The translations under genes were made by a program, and so were the position numbers. DNA of 64,000 nucleotides, from assembly GCA_963844715.1 (NCBI GenBank), contig CAWJPJ010000008.1:192001-256000 (forward strand), given 5' to 3'. Numbering within the stretch: position 1 is the stretch's first letter; each line of letters begins with the position of its first letter. The stretch is from an uncultured Phycisphaerales bacterium (lineage in GTDB: Bacteria; Planctomycetota; Phycisphaerae; Tepidisphaerales; Tepidisphaeraceae). The notes under the pieces are model-generated. The model was not told the DNA's origin, searched no databases, and was given only the letters and a program-made list of their open reading frames with translations. This document shows, one piece after another, positions 23,501-34,625 of the stretch.

Positions 23501-25917
23501 CCGATTTGGCGGCGGCGCTTTGGGCGGCATCAAATTGACGGGCAATCCGCCAAGGAAATTGTCCGCGTCCAGCGTCGGACTCGGCGAAGTCCAATCGAGT
23601 CCGCTCGCGTCCGGCGCACCGGCGTCATGCTTTGCGCCGGGCGCTGCCGGCGGCTGCCGCGGCGCGGCGCCGGATTGCGCCGGGTTCGACCCCAGCGGCG
23701 AAATCTGCACACGCGGCGGCCCAGATATCGACGTCGCGATGGACGAATTCTTTTGCCGCACGAAAATTCCGTTCGCCGCCAGATCCGCGTTGAAGAATCC
23801 GTCATCGAGTGAAAAAGAACTGCGCAATTTGCCGGCAGGCCGCGTCGGCGCGGGAGGCGCGGGAGGAGTTTCCAGAGGCGAATTGGGTGGTTCGGTATCA
23901 CTCACCGCGGGCGGTTCGATGTCACTCGCCGCAAGTGGTTCGACGTCACTCACCACGAGCGGTTCGAGCTCGCCCATCACAGGTGGTTCGATCTCGCTTA
24001 CCGCGAGTGGTTCGATTTCGCTCACGACGGGCGGCTCGATCTCGCTCATCACGGGTGGTTCGAACTCGCTCACCACAGGCGGCTCGATGTCGCTGACCAA
24101 TGTTGTCTCAAACCCCACCGCTGCGGGCGATTCGATATCGTCGGACGCCGGCGGCTCAAATTCGCCCGCAACGGGCGATTCCTCGACCAGCGGTCCGGTT
24201 GATTCGCCGCTGAATTGTTCGACTTGTTTTCCAAATTCGGTGTCGCTCGGCGACGAAAGAGGGGCGGCAGAAACGCCGGCGGGCATCTGGGGAAGCACGG
24301 TATCCAAATCCAAAGTCGCTCCGACGGAAGCGCCGGGAGTCTCCAAAACCTCCGGCTCGGGGCTCTCGGCCTCGGCGGGCATCGGCTGCTCTTCCTGTGC
24401 CGGGGGCAAATCGAGTTCGTCCGCCGGTGATTCCGCGACTCGCGCGACCTCGGGGAAATCGTCGACGTCCAGATCGAGACCGGAAATGCGAGGCTCCGCG
24501 GCGGGTGCGGGCGCCTCCGGTTCCGGCGATTCGATCTCGTCCGCAATTGCCGGCCTCGACGCATCAGGTTCTTCAAGCGGTGCGGGTTCGAAATGGCTTT
24601 CCGCCGGGGCTTCGAGTTCTCGATCTTGGGCGAGTTCTTCAGGGCTGCTCGGCGCGGGTGTCTCGATTTCTGCGACGGGCGGCGCTTCTTCAATATCGAT
24701 GGGCCCCAGAGATTCATGGGGGGTGGCGTGAACCTCTTCCTCCGCCGGGGTTTCAGAGACCACCGCAGGCGGCGGCTCGATTTCGTCCAGCGGGGCGAGT
24801 GGTAGATCGGCATCTTCCGCCGGCGGGGTCGGAGCGAGTTCGGGCTCGGGCTGCGGCTCAGGTGGCTCGAGCGCATTAGCGGGCGTCGTCGGTTCCGCAA
24901 GTTCTAGCGGCGCTGAACGGTAACTCGGGTTCCGACTTGGCCACCTTCGGCGGTTCCGCTTCGATCTCCGCTGTCGGTTCGACCTCGCTCACGGCGGGCG
25001 GCGCGATCTCGTTGACCAGCGGCGGTTCAAGTTCTTCGACGACCGGCGGTTCAGGTTCGATGACCGCGGGCGGCTCAACTTTGCTCACAACGGGCGATTC
25101 GACTTTACTCACCTCGAGCGGTTCGGGCTCAAGCGGCAACGGCGCGGCGGGAGGTTTCGGCGCGGCGGGCCTCGGCAAGACGATCCGCGCGGGCACGGGT
25201 CTGGGCGCGGGAATCGAGGGCGCGACGGGTCGGGAAGGCTGCGGCGTGGGGGCTGGCGCCGGAGCGGCGGCCTTGGGGCGCACGGCGGCCGTCAATTCCA
25301 AGCCGCGTCTCGCCGACGCGAATCTGGTCGCCGAACAGCACTTCTTGCTGTCGAATCCGGCTGCCGTTCAGGAACGTGCCAGTGCGCGAATTCAAATCGC
25401 GCACGTAGCGTTTCCCGTCGACGCTGAAAATAATGGCGTGTCGAGCCGAGACTTCGGGGTGGTCGATGGCGACATCGCACTCTTTGTCGCGCCCGACGAG
25501 CACGGTCAACCCTTTTAAAGGCAATGACTCCGGCCGGTCGCTGATGGTCAGCGCCGCGGGCGCGGGCGAAGCCGTTGGCGCGGTGGGGGACGGCGACGGG
25601 GTAAATGCGAACGAGAATTTCCCGATTTGTAATTCGTCCCCGGCTTTGAGTTCCGCTTCGAGTACGGGCTGCTGGTTGACGAGGACTTTGGTGCGGCTGA
25701 CCAGGTCGCGCACGTACGCGCACCCGCCGGAGGAGACGATGATCGCATGCTGCCTGCTGACGGTCGATGACACGAGGTTGAGATGGCAGCGCGGATCGGA
25801 CCCGATGAGGGTGAGAAGGCGAGTGAGGGGCAGGGCGGGGCTGCGGGCGTGCGAGCCGAGCGGCTGCAATCCCGGCGCATTGGCGTTGGAGGCGGAAGAC
25901 TCAGAAGGCATCGGCAC
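20592..25917 (-). CDS. Very large (~1770 aa) double-FHA, acidic/Pro-rich, two-TM coiled-coil protein; about 6 frameshifts
   Basis: Two FHA domains (25129-25917), E/P-rich linker, TM ILPILMLCMLLCMGIVLAGIWVVI, long Q/E coiled coil, second TM LYAMGGLAVLFTLITIY; consistent composition across six same-strand ORF pieces. Confidence 0.7.
23889..24104 (-). repeat. Nine tandem 24-bp units encoding S[DE]xEP[PL]xV; a related block lies at ~24975-25130
   Basis: SDIEPPVV SEFEPPVM SEIEPPVV SEIEPLAV SEIEPPVM GELEPLVV SDVEPLAA SDIEPPAV SDTEPPNS. Confidence 0.9.
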
Positions 25918-26283
25918 AAATCCTGTAAACTCGGGCGCGGGACTCCACTTCCGCGTTGGTCTTCAGGCGAACCGAAGCCTGGCGCCGGCGAGGGGATTGA
26001 ATCCATCGCGGCGTCTCCGGCGAGGCTCCGCCGGCATATGTCGCGCCAGCCGCCGTTAGTCTTTGTTGCGCCGGATCGGCCATCCTACCACACACCATCG
26101 ACGCCCCGCGCATCAAAAAACCCCATTTTCAGCCCCAAAGGCTTATGGGACAACACCATTGTCGGACGAAAAAAAACGCGCAGTCAAAACCTGATTCCCA
26201 GCTTTGAACACGCCAGATTACCGGACGCAGGCTATTGTGCAATCACTTCGCGGGCCCTCGTCATTTATCGTTGAAAATCAATG

Positions 26284-28351
26284 TTAGTACTGCGGCTGGT
26301 CGGTCGTGAAAGAGCCGTCCGGCTGTTGGTGAACTGTGCAACTGAAGGGGAGCGCCCCAAACCCGCGACCCTGGAAATACCCCTGGCACATTCCGCGAAC
26401 TTCATAGGTTCCGTTCCCCTCGGGGGTCACTGAGACGCGCGGATCGGTGGCGGGGAGAAATTGTGCGTACATCACCTGTTGCGACATGGCCCGGCAGGCG
26501 GCCTGGTATGCGCCAAGCTCGGCGGCGATCACTTGCGCCTGACTCGGCGCCGCCTGCTGGGCGGGAATTGCCGTCGGGTTCTGCACCCCTGTGCTTGCGC
26601 TTGTGCGGCCGCGGCCGGATTCGCATTGTTACCGCCGGGGTTGTTCGCGGGGGTCGCGCTGTCTGACATTCCGCGGATCAGGAGGATGATGAGGATCAGG
26701 GCGAGCACTGCGCCGCCGGCGATCCAGATTTTCGGGTTCTTCCGGATCGTCGTCCCGAGGGGACCCAATTTCTGCGCCAATTCCTTGGGCGGGTGTTTGT
26801 GCAGGAACGAGGCGACTTCGCCGGCGGCAACGGATGCTCCGTGCGCCGCTGAATGCATCACCTCTCCGACGACCGCTCCAGCCCCCGAGCCCGCTGGTTT
26901 CGGAACCGGCGGCGGTCCATATCCACTGGGCGGGGGCGCATAGCCGGTCGGCGCGCGGGAGGCGCATATCCCGGTGCTCCCGCATGCATGGCGGGGGCAG
27001 GCGGGACCACCGGACCGGAGACGGGGGCAGCGGCGGGTAGGGGCGGGGGCGCGATTCCGCTTAGCATTCGTGAGATATCGTCCAGCGATGGCCGCGACCG
27101 CGGTTCCATCGACAGGCTTTGGGCGATGCCGCGGCTCCATGCTGCCGGGGTATCTTTACGCAACGATTCCGGCGGGACAAAACTTCCCATCGGCCTGCGC
27201 CCGGTGAGCAGTTCGTACCAGATAACGCCGAGTGAATAGACGTCGCTTGCCGGAGAAACGTCGCGTCCTTCGGCTTGCTCGGGCGCCATATAGCTTTCGG
27301 TGCCGGCGACCATTCCCGTTTGCGTAAGGCGCGTCGCCACGGCTGTATTGCCGCTCGAGGTTCGGGCGATGCCAAAATCCACCATCTTCACCAGGTCGTC
27401 CTGCGAGACGAGAATGTTGCTGGGTTTGAGGTCGCGGTGGATGATCTGTCGGCCGTGCAAGTATTGCAGGCCACTGACGATTTGAGTCATGGCGGAGCGA
27501 ATTTGATCGAGGGGAATGAACGATTTTTCGCCGCGGATTTTTCCGATCCAGCTTGTGAGCGGGACGCCGTCGATCCAATCCATCGCCAACCAGAGAAGTT
27601 TGTCGTCGCGACCCTTGGATTGCAGGCGGACGACGTTGGGATGTTTCAGGGAAGTCAGCGTGGTGATCTCGGCCTCGAATCGGGATTTCCAAACGGGATC
27701 GTGATCGGGATCGCCCTTGAGGAGTTTGACGGCGGCGGGCATGTCGTTTTCCTGATGCAAGCCGCGGAGCACGATTCCCATTCCGCCCTGCGCGACAAAC
27801 GCCCGAACCTGATACGGCCCGATGTGCTTGGGGAGCCATCCCTCGAAGCCGGGCGGATCGTTTTCCGATTTCGACGTTTTCTCGCGGAAGTAAAAAAGCT
27901 CGTTCTTGCAGGAAGGACATTTGTGCGCATCGTGCGAAAGATCGGCGATGACTTCATGGCACCGGGGGCAGCGCACTTGCCAGGGATTGTCGGTCACGAA
28001 AACCGCGGGCTTGGTGGTCCGCTTCAGGCAGCGCACCGTCGCCGGTCCGACCTTGAATGTCGTGCCGGGCTTGAGAACCAGTTCGTGAACCTTTTTTCCG
28101 TCGGGAAGAACCACTTGCGTGGTCGGGCTGGCGCATTCCAGGAGCATGCTGCCGTCGGTTTGTCGCAAGACCTGGGCGTGAATCCGCTCGACATCGGGAT
28201 GATCGATGCAGAGCGTATTGGAGGCGTTTCGCCCCAGAGACAGTCCGTGTTGGAGGAAGACTTCCTGGTCGGCGGCGCCGGCTCGGCGTACTTCGAGCGT
28301 CAGATCACTCAGCGTCGAGGCTTTCCCGGAGTCTTCAGCCACTTCGGTCAT
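26284..28351 (-). CDS. FHA + zinc ribbon + Ser/Thr protein kinase with TM and small external domain; frameshifts near 26940 and 26585
   Basis: LGRNASN..HA (FHA), CPRC..CPSC, GGMGIV, AVKLL, HRDLKPSN, DFGIA, YMAPEQ, DVYSLG; TM IWIAGGAVLALILIILLI. Confidence 0.88.
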
Positions 28352-28722
28352 ACGTTTCGCTTGGTTCGAGGTGCGAGCGGCATATTACCGAATTCCAACC
28401 AAGATAAAACCCGGTTTTCGGGGGCTAAATGGGGGGAAACGGGGCGCAATTTATCAATTTATTGCTTGGATGTTTTGCGTCAAGGGCTTCCGAAATCGCG
28501 GCAGTTGCACGAAAATGACCAACTTCTTCAACGCATTTTTATGCTGGTTTTTCAGTACTTTTCTCTCTTTCCTCAGATAATACAAAGAGTTTGTTAAAAA
28601 TCGTCAGACTATCTTCTTGTCATAATAACCTGTGTGGTGCATAACCCACCTCAGACTATCTCGCGCATATAGCGGTGCGTGAGCCTCCGACCAAGGGTTG
28701 GTAACAGGATCCGGAGGCAGAG

Positions 28723-30354
28723 ATGAGGAGAGTTGGAAAACGAGGACAACGGGCGTTGATGCTGGCCGCGGCGGTAGGAGCGGCGGCTTATTTTGGTCCG
28801 TCTTATGCCCACGCGGGCAGCGTAGACGAATTCGACGCCAGCGGCACTTACACCGATTATCTAGTTGACCCCAGTTGGACCGGCGCTGAAGGCGGCACAA
28901 CCAGCTCGGGCGCGGACGCGGGATTCGCGGGTGTTTGGAACACCATCAGCGGAACCAATGGCGCCCTGAACAGCAACGGGTCGGACTTTGTAAATGGCGG
29001 GTCATCGGCCACCAATCCCGAGCGTGTCTTCCTTCTTGCCGGCACATACAACGTCGGTACGAGCTTCCTGAAATACGGGAAGGGTAACGTCGACATCATC
29101 GGTGTCGACTCCGTTACGGGAAAGAACAGCGACGTCGTCATCACCGGATATCTGGACTCGGACTACAACAGCGGGTCGGGAACCATCGGGACCAGCAACA
29201 GCGCCACGCTGATGCTGACCGGTAATAACGTTGCGGTTGCCAATTTGACCATTGCCAACAGCACGGATACGCCTTACATCGTTAACGTCGCCAAAAAGGC
29301 GGAGACGACTGCGGGCGCGTTTACCGGAAACACGCAAACGTCTTCGGCGCCCGCCGTGGCCTTGCTCTCGCAAGGTGACATGGATGCGTACACCAACGTC
29401 TCGATTCTGGGCTATCAGGACACGCTGTATCTCAAGGGCGGCCGCGACTATTTCACCAATTCGACGATCAGCGGCGATGACGACTTCATTTTCGCCAACG
29501 GTACCGCGGTATTTAATAACGACGTGATCAACGTTGACGGCAACCACAGCGGGGGCGACGTCACCGCGGCCAGCACCGCGAAGACTACATCGAACGGGTT
29601 CGTGTTCATGAACTCGCAGATCACCCTCAATTCGGTGTCTGGAAACGCAATCATCGATCCGAACAACGCGGCGGTGACGCAGTCCACCATCAACGGGTGG
29701 TCCGCCTCAAACTATACCTACAGTCTGGGCCGGCCTTGGGGCTGGCAGCAGGCAGGCGGTGATGCGGCTGTCGTTTACATGAACGACACCATCAACACGA
29801 AGAATATGAACAGCGCCGGATGGAGTGCCTGGGATACCACCGAAACGAACCCCAGCAATGGGTTAAACGGCGGAAACCCGGGTGAAGATTCCCGTTTTGC
29901 GGTTTACAATGACGTGGACCTTAGCAGTAACCCGCTGAACACCGCGACCTTCCAGTCCTGGTCGCATGTGTTGTCCGCCACGCAGGCGTCCATGTACACG
30001 ATCGCGAATATCTTCTCCCAAGATTCGGCGTTGCCGAGCGGCGGCTGGTTCGGAAATGGCTATCCCGCAGGGGATGCTGCTCCGGGCAGCGGGTCGCCGG
30101 ACGTCAACCCCAGTTACAGTTTCCCGGCATTCTGGGGTCCGCGGAACATCAATAACGAAGACGCCAACGAAACCCTGACGGATAACCCGTCGTCCTACTC
30201 GAACCTCAATTGGTCGCAAAGCACGGTGCTGACGTGGGATCCGACGGTTCAGCTGGCCACGACGGTCGTGCCGGAGCCCGGCAGCATAGCCGTGCTGGGG
30301 GCTGTTGGATTAATGACATTGACTAGGCGCAGGCGGAAAACTGCGGTAATATAG
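28723..30354 (+). CDS. Pectinesterase family (CE8) protein with PEP-CTERM sorting signal
   Basis: Signal peptide; AVAL, GYQDTLY, SGDDDFIF, LGRPW; C-terminal VPEPGSIAVLGAVGLMTLTRRRRK. Confidence 0.88.
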   Translation: MRRVGKRGQRALMLAAAVGAAAYFGPSYAHAGSVDEFDASGTYTDYLVDPSWTGAEGGTTSSGADAGFAGVWNTISGTNGALNSNGSDFVNGGSSATNPERVFLLAGTYNVGTSFLKYGKGNVDIIGVDSVTGKNSDVVITGYLDSDYNSGSGTIGTSNSATLMLTGNNVAVANLTIANSTDTPYIVNVAKKAETTAGAFTGNTQTSSAPAVALLSQGDMDAYTNVSILGYQDTLYLKGGRDYFTNSTISGDDDFIFANGTAVFNNDVINVDGNHSGGDVTAASTAKTTSNGFVFMNSQITLNSVSGNAIIDPNNAAVTQSTINGWSASNYTYSLGRPWGWQQAGGDAAVVYMNDTINTKNMNSAGWSAWDTTETNPSNGLNGGNPGEDSRFAVYNDVDLSSNPLNTATFQSWSHVLSATQASMYTIANIFSQDSALPSGGWFGNGYPAGDAAPGSGSPDVNPSYSFPAFWGPRNINNEDANETLTDNPSSYSNLNWSQSTVLTWDPTVQLATTVVPEPGSIAVLGAVGLMTLTRRRRKTAVI

Positions 30355-30393
30355 ACATGTAAGTTTTAACGGTCTTACCACCCTAGGTCGGCA

Positions 30394-30424
30394 GCCGGCG
30401 CTGTGAACGGTTCACAGCGCCGGC
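30394..30424. terminator. Perfect inverted repeat between convergent genes (probable bidirectional terminator)
   Basis: GCCGGCGCTGTGAAC-G-GTTCACAGCGCCGGC. Confidence 0.65.
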
Positions 30425-30430
30425 GGCATT

Positions 30431-31843
30431 TTATAGATTCGGTTTGTTTTCGACTTGCGGGGTGAGAAGAACCTGCCCGACACGTCTTTGCTGCACGGTC
30501 AATATTTTGGCGCGATACCGGCCGAAATCGACCGAGTCTCCCGGCCGAGGCCAGCGATTCAATTGCTGCACGATAAATCCGCCGACGGTATCGACGCCGA
30601 CGGCTTCGGGGGGATTGATTCCAAGATGATCGCGCAGCTCGTGGAGCGGGAATAATCCGCTGACGCGAATGGTGTCTCCCTCGCGGACCAGGTCGGTGGG
30701 CGCGATGGGATCGAACTCGTCTTCAATTTCTCCGACGATTTCTTCCAGCACGTCTTCGAGCGTGACCACGCCCTGCGTCAAACCATATTCGTCGACGACG
30801 ATCGCCAAGTGAATGTGGCTGGTTTGAAATTGGCGCAGCAGTCGCGACACGGGCATCAGCTCGGGGACGAAAAAAACGTCGCGCTTGATTTGGCGCAACT
30901 GAATCTGGCCCGATCCGATGACGTGCACGGCCGACCCGGGCAATCCCGTGGGGATGGCGATGGCCTCTCCGTCGGGGGTTTTTTCGTCGATGAATTTGAG
31001 CTTTCCGGGGACCAGTTGCAGGTGGTTGAAGAGATCTTTCATGTGAATTTGCCCGATGACGTGATCAATATCTCCCTCGCACAGGGGCAGGCGGGTGAAG
31101 GCGCTTCGCTGCACGGTTTTGAGGATGTCCCCGATGGGGGAAGCGATCAGGAGGTAATCGACCTCCGGGCGCGGGGTCATGATTTGGCGCACTTTCAATG
31201 CGCCGAATTCAAACGCGTTGGAGAGGATGACGGCGTTGCCTTTGGCGATGGTGCCGTGCGCGGCGGCCTGCATCAGGAGGGCGCGCAATTCCTGCTCGGT
31301 GTGCGGAAGTCCGCCCTGGACGCCCGAAGCGGGTTTGATGCCGAAGGTTCGCAGCACGACGTGGGTTCCGGCGTTGAGAACCCAGATCGCGGGATAAAAG
31401 ATGTAGGTGAAGACCACCAGCGGGATTCCCAGGATCGCCAGGAGCTGGTCGCTATATTCGATGGCAATATTCTTGGGGGTCTGCTCTCCGATGACGATAT
31501 GCAGCGCGACGACGATGGCGAAGCTGATGAAAAAGGCCAGGAAATGCTGAGCGGGCGGCGACATGTGGAGGGCATCGGTGAGTGGGGCGATCAGGCTGGC
31601 CACGGCGGATGCCGTCACGGCGCCCAGGGCCAAGGCGGCAAGGGTATTTCCAAGCTGGCAACTGGATAGAAACAGATCCAGCCGATTTTCGATCAGCAGG
31701 GCGGCGCGGGTGGCGAGAGTGGGCTTGGCGGCGGCTTTGAGGCGGCTCATCCGCGCGGTGACTGCGGCGAATTCGGCGGCGACGAAAAACGCATTCATCA
31801 CCACCAGCCCAAGCGTCGCAACGATCTTCCAGAGTTCCGCCAT
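30431..31843 (-). CDS. HlyC/CorC (CNNM + CBS + CorC) family membrane protein
   Basis: NAFFVAAEFA, CQLGNT, GEQTPK, IMTPR, AIVVDEYG, LEDVLEEIVGEIEDEFD. Confidence 0.93.
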   Translation of the reverse strand: MAELWKIVATLGLVVMNAFFVAAEFAAVTARMSRLKAAAKPTLATRAALLIENRLDLFLSSCQLGNTLAALALGAVTASAVASLIAPLTDALHMSPPAQHFLAFFISFAIVVALHIVIGEQTPKNIAIEYSDQLLAILGIPLVVFTYIFYPAIWVLNAGTHVVLRTFGIKPASGVQGGLPHTEQELRALLMQAAAHGTIAKGNAVILSNAFEFGALKVRQIMTPRPEVDYLLIASPIGDILKTVQRSAFTRLPLCEGDIDHVIGQIHMKDLFNHLQLVPGKLKFIDEKTPDGEAIAIPTGLPGSAVHVIGSGQIQLRQIKRDVFFVPELMPVSRLLRQFQTSHIHLAIVVDEYGLTQGVVTLEDVLEEIVGEIEDEFDPIAPTDLVREGDTIRVSGLFPLHELRDHLGINPPEAVGVDTVGGFIVQQLNRWPRPGDSVDFGRYRAKILTVQQRRVGQVLLTPQVENKPNL

Positions 31844-31853
31844 TCTTGTTTCT

Positions 31854-32369
31854 CTAGTGACGCAGGGCCAGGATCAATTCGATCTCGCCGCTGGGGCGAT
31901 TGAGGCGTTCGGCGATCTCCAGCGCCGAACGGCCCTGGTCGGCCAGGGCATAGACGTCCGCGTGCCGCGATTCGACGGGGCTGGGGGGCGGGGCGGGTTG
32001 GGGCGATTCGGCGGGAATGGAATTCGTCCCTGCGGCGGGGGGGACGTAACCGGTTTCCTTGAAGGATTTGAGGGCGGCCAATTTTTGATCGGCTTCCTTG
32101 ATCAGGGTCTCGAGCTTGGCCGCGCGGGTGTCGAGTTGGGAGCTGATTTCCCGGGCCATTTCCGAAAGTTCCACGAGCACGTTTTGCATCTGTCGCTCGA
32201 CGGATCGCTGCTGGGAGAGACTGGCGAAGGGGCTGGGCTTGCTGAGGGGATCCTTGCGGCGGAACATCGGCCGGACGACCGCGTAGGCGATCGTCAGCAC
32301 CGCCAGGGTGATGACGAGCCATCGCGAGGTGGGATCGACGGCCGCATCGGCAAAGAAATTTACGGGCAT
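31854..32369 (-). CDS. Membrane-anchored coiled-coil protein with C-terminal HTH (DUF2802-like)
   Basis: N-terminal TM; VYALADQGRSALEIAERLNRPSGEIELILAL. Confidence 0.7.
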   Translation of the reverse strand: MPVNFFADAAVDPTSRWLVITLAVLTIAYAVVRPMFRRKDPLSKPSPFASLSQQRSVERQMQNVLVELSEMAREISSQLDTRAAKLETLIKEADQKLAALKSFKETGYVPPAAGTNSIPAESPQPAPPPSPVESRHADVYALADQGRSALEIAERLNRPSGEIELILALRH

Positions 32370-32416
32370 TGCAGCGATCATCATTCCGTCGCGGGGGCAG
32401 GGAATCAAGCGGTCGA

Positions 32417-33514
32417 TCAGTGTGAAAAGTGAATTGCCAGCAGGGCGATCGCCGCCGCGCAAGCGGTCGCGAGGATGGCGATTTTGATCGCGCTAAACGG
32501 CCGCTCGCCCTGCACCAGTCCCGACCGGGCGTTAACGAGGAACCGGTAGACCCGATTGGAATAGCGATAGGCGCTGATCCACAGCGGCAGGAGGAGATGG
32601 CGGAATTGCACGTCGTGATATTGGGTGTTGGCGCTGGTGATTTGCTGGTGATTGCCGCCGATGTCTCGGCAAATCGTCTGGTTGATGACGGGGGACATGA
32701 GCTGCTTGGCGGCGTTGAAGCCGCCGACGAGGTCGATTTGATAACTCTGGCAGCTCATGCCGCTGAGGTATTCATCGGCGTAGGGGATGACGTGCCCGAC
32801 ATCCCAGGGCTCCAGGTGCGTCGCCTGCTTGGGCGGCAAGGACTGCGTTGCCAGGACCAGGACGTCATTGAAATGATTCCGCACAACGCCGGAGGCGGGA
32901 GACCATTGGGTGCGGGTGACGGTTCGGGCTGCGCATTTCCGGGCGGCCGTTGACCCATTCGGTAAAAGTTTCGGTGGTTTGGTAGTCGTCGCCGCGCATG
33001 CCGGTGTATTCGGTGATGGTGTCGGCGTTATAGGTCCAGCAGGGGATGTAAGCGCCGTCGATCCCGGCCTGCTCGTGCGCTTCGAGAGGGCAGTGGGGGC
33101 GAACCACAAGCCGGCGATCCATTTGCGAAAGAGCGAGTTCGCCTGGGCTTTATTGATCAGAAACGGCAGCAGGCCAGCGGGCTTGATCAATTTTTTCGAG
33201 ACTCCCTCGGCCACGACGGGCGAGCCGCAGAAGGCGCAGCGTCCGGCGGTGACATCGGGGGCCAGTTTCGTTTGGGCTCCGCAGCCTGTGCAGTGGACGA
33301 TCAGGACTTCGTGCAATTCGCATGTGCCGGGGGTCTGCTGGCAGTACGTTTGAAAATCGAGATAGGGAACCGGAGCGGAGGAAGCGGCGATTTCGTTGTT
33401 GGCGCCGCAGTAGGGGCAGACCAATTGATTGGTGCCGGGCGCGAATTGAAGTTTTGCGCCGCATTGGCGACAGGGAAATTGCCTTTCGAGGGATGGGGGC
33501 GCGGCGGTGGTCAC
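32417..33514 (-). CDS. Zinc-ribbon membrane protein, SPFH operon partner (YdjG-like); compensating frameshifts ~32930-33080
   Basis: CRQCG, CPYCG, CTGCG, CAFCG; LLLPLWISAYRY..FLVNARSGLVQGERP; C-terminal TM. Confidence 0.8.
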   Translation of the reverse strand: MTTAAPPSLERQFPCRQCGAKLQFAPGTNQLVCPYCGANNEIAASSAPVPYLDFQTYCQQTPGTCELHEVLIVHCTGCGAQTKLAPDVTAGRCAFCGSPVVAEGVSKKLIKPAGLLPFLINKAQANSLFRKWIAGLWFAPTALSKRTSRPGSTALTSPAGPITPTPSPNTPACAATTTKPPKLLPNGSTAARKCAARTVTRTQWSPASGVVRNHFNDVLVLATQSLPPKQATHLEPWDVGHVIPYADEYLSGMSCQSYQIDLVGGFNAAKQLMSPVINQTICRDIGGNHQQITSANTQYHDVQFRHLLLPLWISAYRYSNRVYRFLVNARSGLVQGERPFSAIKIAILATACAAAIALLAIHFSH

Positions 33515-33524
33515 CGAATGATCC

Positions 33525-34625
33525 TCACGGGAGTGGCGGGGGGACGGCGGCGAGGAGAGAGCCCAACTCGGCGACGCTCTGGGCGGTTGCCCAGCCGGAG
33601 AGGCCCTGCTTCCAGACCATGGTTTTTGCGGTGATTTCGCCGGCGCGGATTTTGGCGGACAGATCGTCCATGCTGAGAGGTCCGACGCGCTGGCCGTTGA
33701 TGGCGGCGAAGAATGCGGCGGCCGCCGGCGCGCCGGGCATGGGGGGAGGCGATTGCGCCGCGGATTGTGCGTTGCCCATGGCCTGGGACATTTGCCCGGC
33801 CATCTGGTAACCGGCGGCGAGTCCCGCGCCAGCGCCGGCGAGGCCGCCGGGGTTTTGCGCCGCGTCGCGGATGGCGCTGGCGGATTCGAATTGCGTGAAG
33901 GCGGCCATGTTTCCGATCACGCCCATGCTGGTTCGTTTGTCCATCGCTGCTTCGACTTCCGGGGGAAGGGAGATGTTTTCGACGACGAATTTGACGACTT
34001 GCAAGCCGAACGCCTCGAAATCGGGTTCGATGAAAGCACAGGCGCTCTGGCTGAGCTTGTCGTAATTCCCGGCGAGGTCGAGGGCGGATAGTTTGCTGGC
34101 GCCCAGGGCGTCGGCGAAACGCGAGACAACCATATCGCGGAGCTGCTCCTCGATTTGGTCGACGGTGAATCGCGCCTCGGTGCCGGCGACTTGCCGAAGG
34201 AAGGCGGCGACGTCCTTCACTTTCAGAGCAAAGGCCCCGAAGGCGCGGAGGCGGACCATTCCGAACTCGGCATCGCGCATCATAATGGGATTTTGCGTGC
34301 CCCATTTGCGGTCGGTCATGGTGCGCGTGGAGACGAAATAGACTTCGGCCTTGAAGGGGGAGTTGAATCCGTATTTCCAGCCTTGAAGAGTCGAGAGGAT
34401 GGGGAGGTTCTGGGTCTGGAGGGTGTATTGGCCGGGGCCGAAGACGTCGGCGAGTTTTCCCTGGTTGATGAAGGCCGCCATCTGCGATTCGCGGACGACG
34501 AGCTGGGCGCCGTTTTTGATTTCGTTGTCGTAACGGGGGAACCGCCAGACGAGGGTGTCCTGGGTGTTGTCGGTCCACTCGATGATGTCGATCAGTTCGC
34601 CGCGGAGTTTGTCCAAAAGGCCCAT
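33525..34625 (-). CDS. SPFH/band-7 domain protein with C-terminal GYF_2 domain (YdjI-like)
   Basis: LIDIIEW..LVWRFP..QLVVRESQ..SPFKAEVYF..KWGT; GQRVGP..TMVWKQGLSGW. Confidence 0.9.
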   Translation of the reverse strand: MGLLDKLRGELIDIIEWTDNTQDTLVWRFPRYDNEIKNGAQLVVRESQMAAFINQGKLADVFGPGQYTLQTQNLPILSTLQGWKYGFNSPFKAEVYFVSTRTMTDRKWGTQNPIMMRDAEFGMVRLRAFGAFALKVKDVAAFLRQVAGTEARFTVDQIEEQLRDMVVSRFADALGASKLSALDLAGNYDKLSQSACAFIEPDFEAFGLQVVKFVVENISLPPEVEAAMDKRTSMGVIGNMAAFTQFESASAIRDAAQNPGGLAGAGAGLAAGYQMAGQMSQAMGNAQSAAQSPPPMPGAPAAAAFFAAINGQRVGPLSMDDLSAKIRAGEITAKTMVWKQGLSGWATAQSVAELGSLLAAVPPPLP

